From Amoebophrya sp. A120 (Eukaryota; Protista; Dinoflagellata), in assembly GCA_905178155.1 (NCBI GenBank), contig CAJINV010000009.1, forward strand, positions 620,001 through 684,000: a stretch of DNA of 64,000 bases, given 5' to 3'. The notes below the pieces were generated by a model. It worked only from the letters and a program-made list of their open reading frames with translations, was not told where the DNA came from and ran no database searches. Below, piece by piece: positions 63,126 to 64,000 of the stretch (position 1 is the stretch's first letter; every line of letters starts with the position of its first letter). The position numbers and the translations under genes are program-made.

Positions 63126-64000
63126 ATGACCAGCAACATTGCAGGACAAGATTTCTCGACGCTCCCACCGGTTCAAGCTGCCCTCGGCTCCCTTCCGGAA
63201 AATGCTACGAAGACCGCACTTATGGCGTTGCTTGGACCCGTTACAGCACTGCAACCTGCGTCGACGGCGATTGGCCTCCTTAAGCAGGCTGCGCTTGAAA
63301 ACCCTGAACAAGGAACCAGTCCTGGCGCAACCCTGTACGGACTCTTGTCTATCATAAAGACAAGCTTAGCTGGATTTGCAGTGGAAGCAGTCTTGAAGCA
63401 GAAAATTGTAAACCATGTCGGCGATGTCGTGTTCGCGGAAATTGCGCAAACAAGCGAAGCGCCGGCGGCGGTCGAAGAAGCCAAGACACAAACTATTCTC
63501 TGAAAATTAAGCATCCCCATCAATTTGTACTTGTGCTGCAAAATAAGAAACTCATATGCGCGGTAACAGAATAGAAGGAAAAATTACCGGGTAACTTTTA
63601 CTAGTTATTTTGTATAGCCGCTCGAAAGCAAATTCTAATTGATTCTGTGTCTTTGTCTCTGTCTGTCATGTAAAAAATAAAGAGGCATGGATGGGGGTGG
63701 TAACTTTTCAAGGAATAAAAGTCAAACAGTTTCTAAGCGGAGACGACAGTGTAGGAGAGGCGCTAAAAAACAATTTGGCGCAAACAATAATGCCAAACTG
63801 GCCGCCGGGTACTGCACCTGGAGCGGGTGGTGGCGAAACCACCGGGAGCAGCTCCGTGCAACTGGCGCAAACGAGTGCTATTCATTCGAGCTCCACCTCC
63901 GCTGCGGAACTACCAACAACTTCCTCGGAGCAGCAGCAATCCTTTGCTGAAGCTGAAGGCGCTCGCTCTCCCAGTACTGCTGCTGCCAACGTCGCTGCCG
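63126..64000 (+). CDS. Hypothetical protein, 3'-truncated
   Basis: ATG 63126; the ORF continues after removal of the 63494-63717 element (AKT-KVKQFLSGDD..) and stays open to the window end. Confidence 0.65.
63494..63717. mobile_element. Degenerate TIR introner (224 bp)
   Basis: 5' tattctctgaaaattaagcatccccatc versus reverse complement of the 3' end tattccttgaaaagttaccacccccatc; decayed DR caaac/aaagt. Removing 229 nt restores frame; contains tgtcatg. Confidence 0.7.

Noticed and set aside
1-64000. Dinoflagellate spliced-leader relics, tRNA/rRNA genes, transposase or RT ORFs
   Set aside because: None recognised by eye; a formal search (tRNAscan, Rfam, HMMER) was not possible.

Overview
Eukaryotic, intron-containing protist DNA, most consistent with an alveolate and specifically a Syndiniales parasite of the Amoebophrya type (inferred from gene content, one-strand gene order and non-canonical TIR introns). 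About 13 protein-coding genes, all on the + strand: a 5'-truncated giant (>3,950 aa) YHYH-domain + fibronectin-III protein, a large low-complexity protein, several unknowns, Sec14/CRAL-TRIO, Sam50, a SWEET transporter, DnaJ, a degenerate cyclophilin-SYF2 fusion, a P4-ATPase flippase and an ISP-like PH protein. The main signal is ten MITE-like elements (109-436 bp) inserted in coding sequence. All start TAT and end ATA with terminal inverted repeats, and most are flanked by a 5-bp direct repeat. Removing element + 5 nt restores the reading frame in all ten cases and rebuilds conserved motifs where the host family is known. The three junctions checked position by position have no GT-AG. Two families occur in both orientations relative to transcription, and nine of ten share an internal TGTCATG motif. 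They look like transposon-derived, orientation-independent non-canonical introns (introners) coexisting with ordinary GT-AG introns. All junctions are predicted from sequence only.
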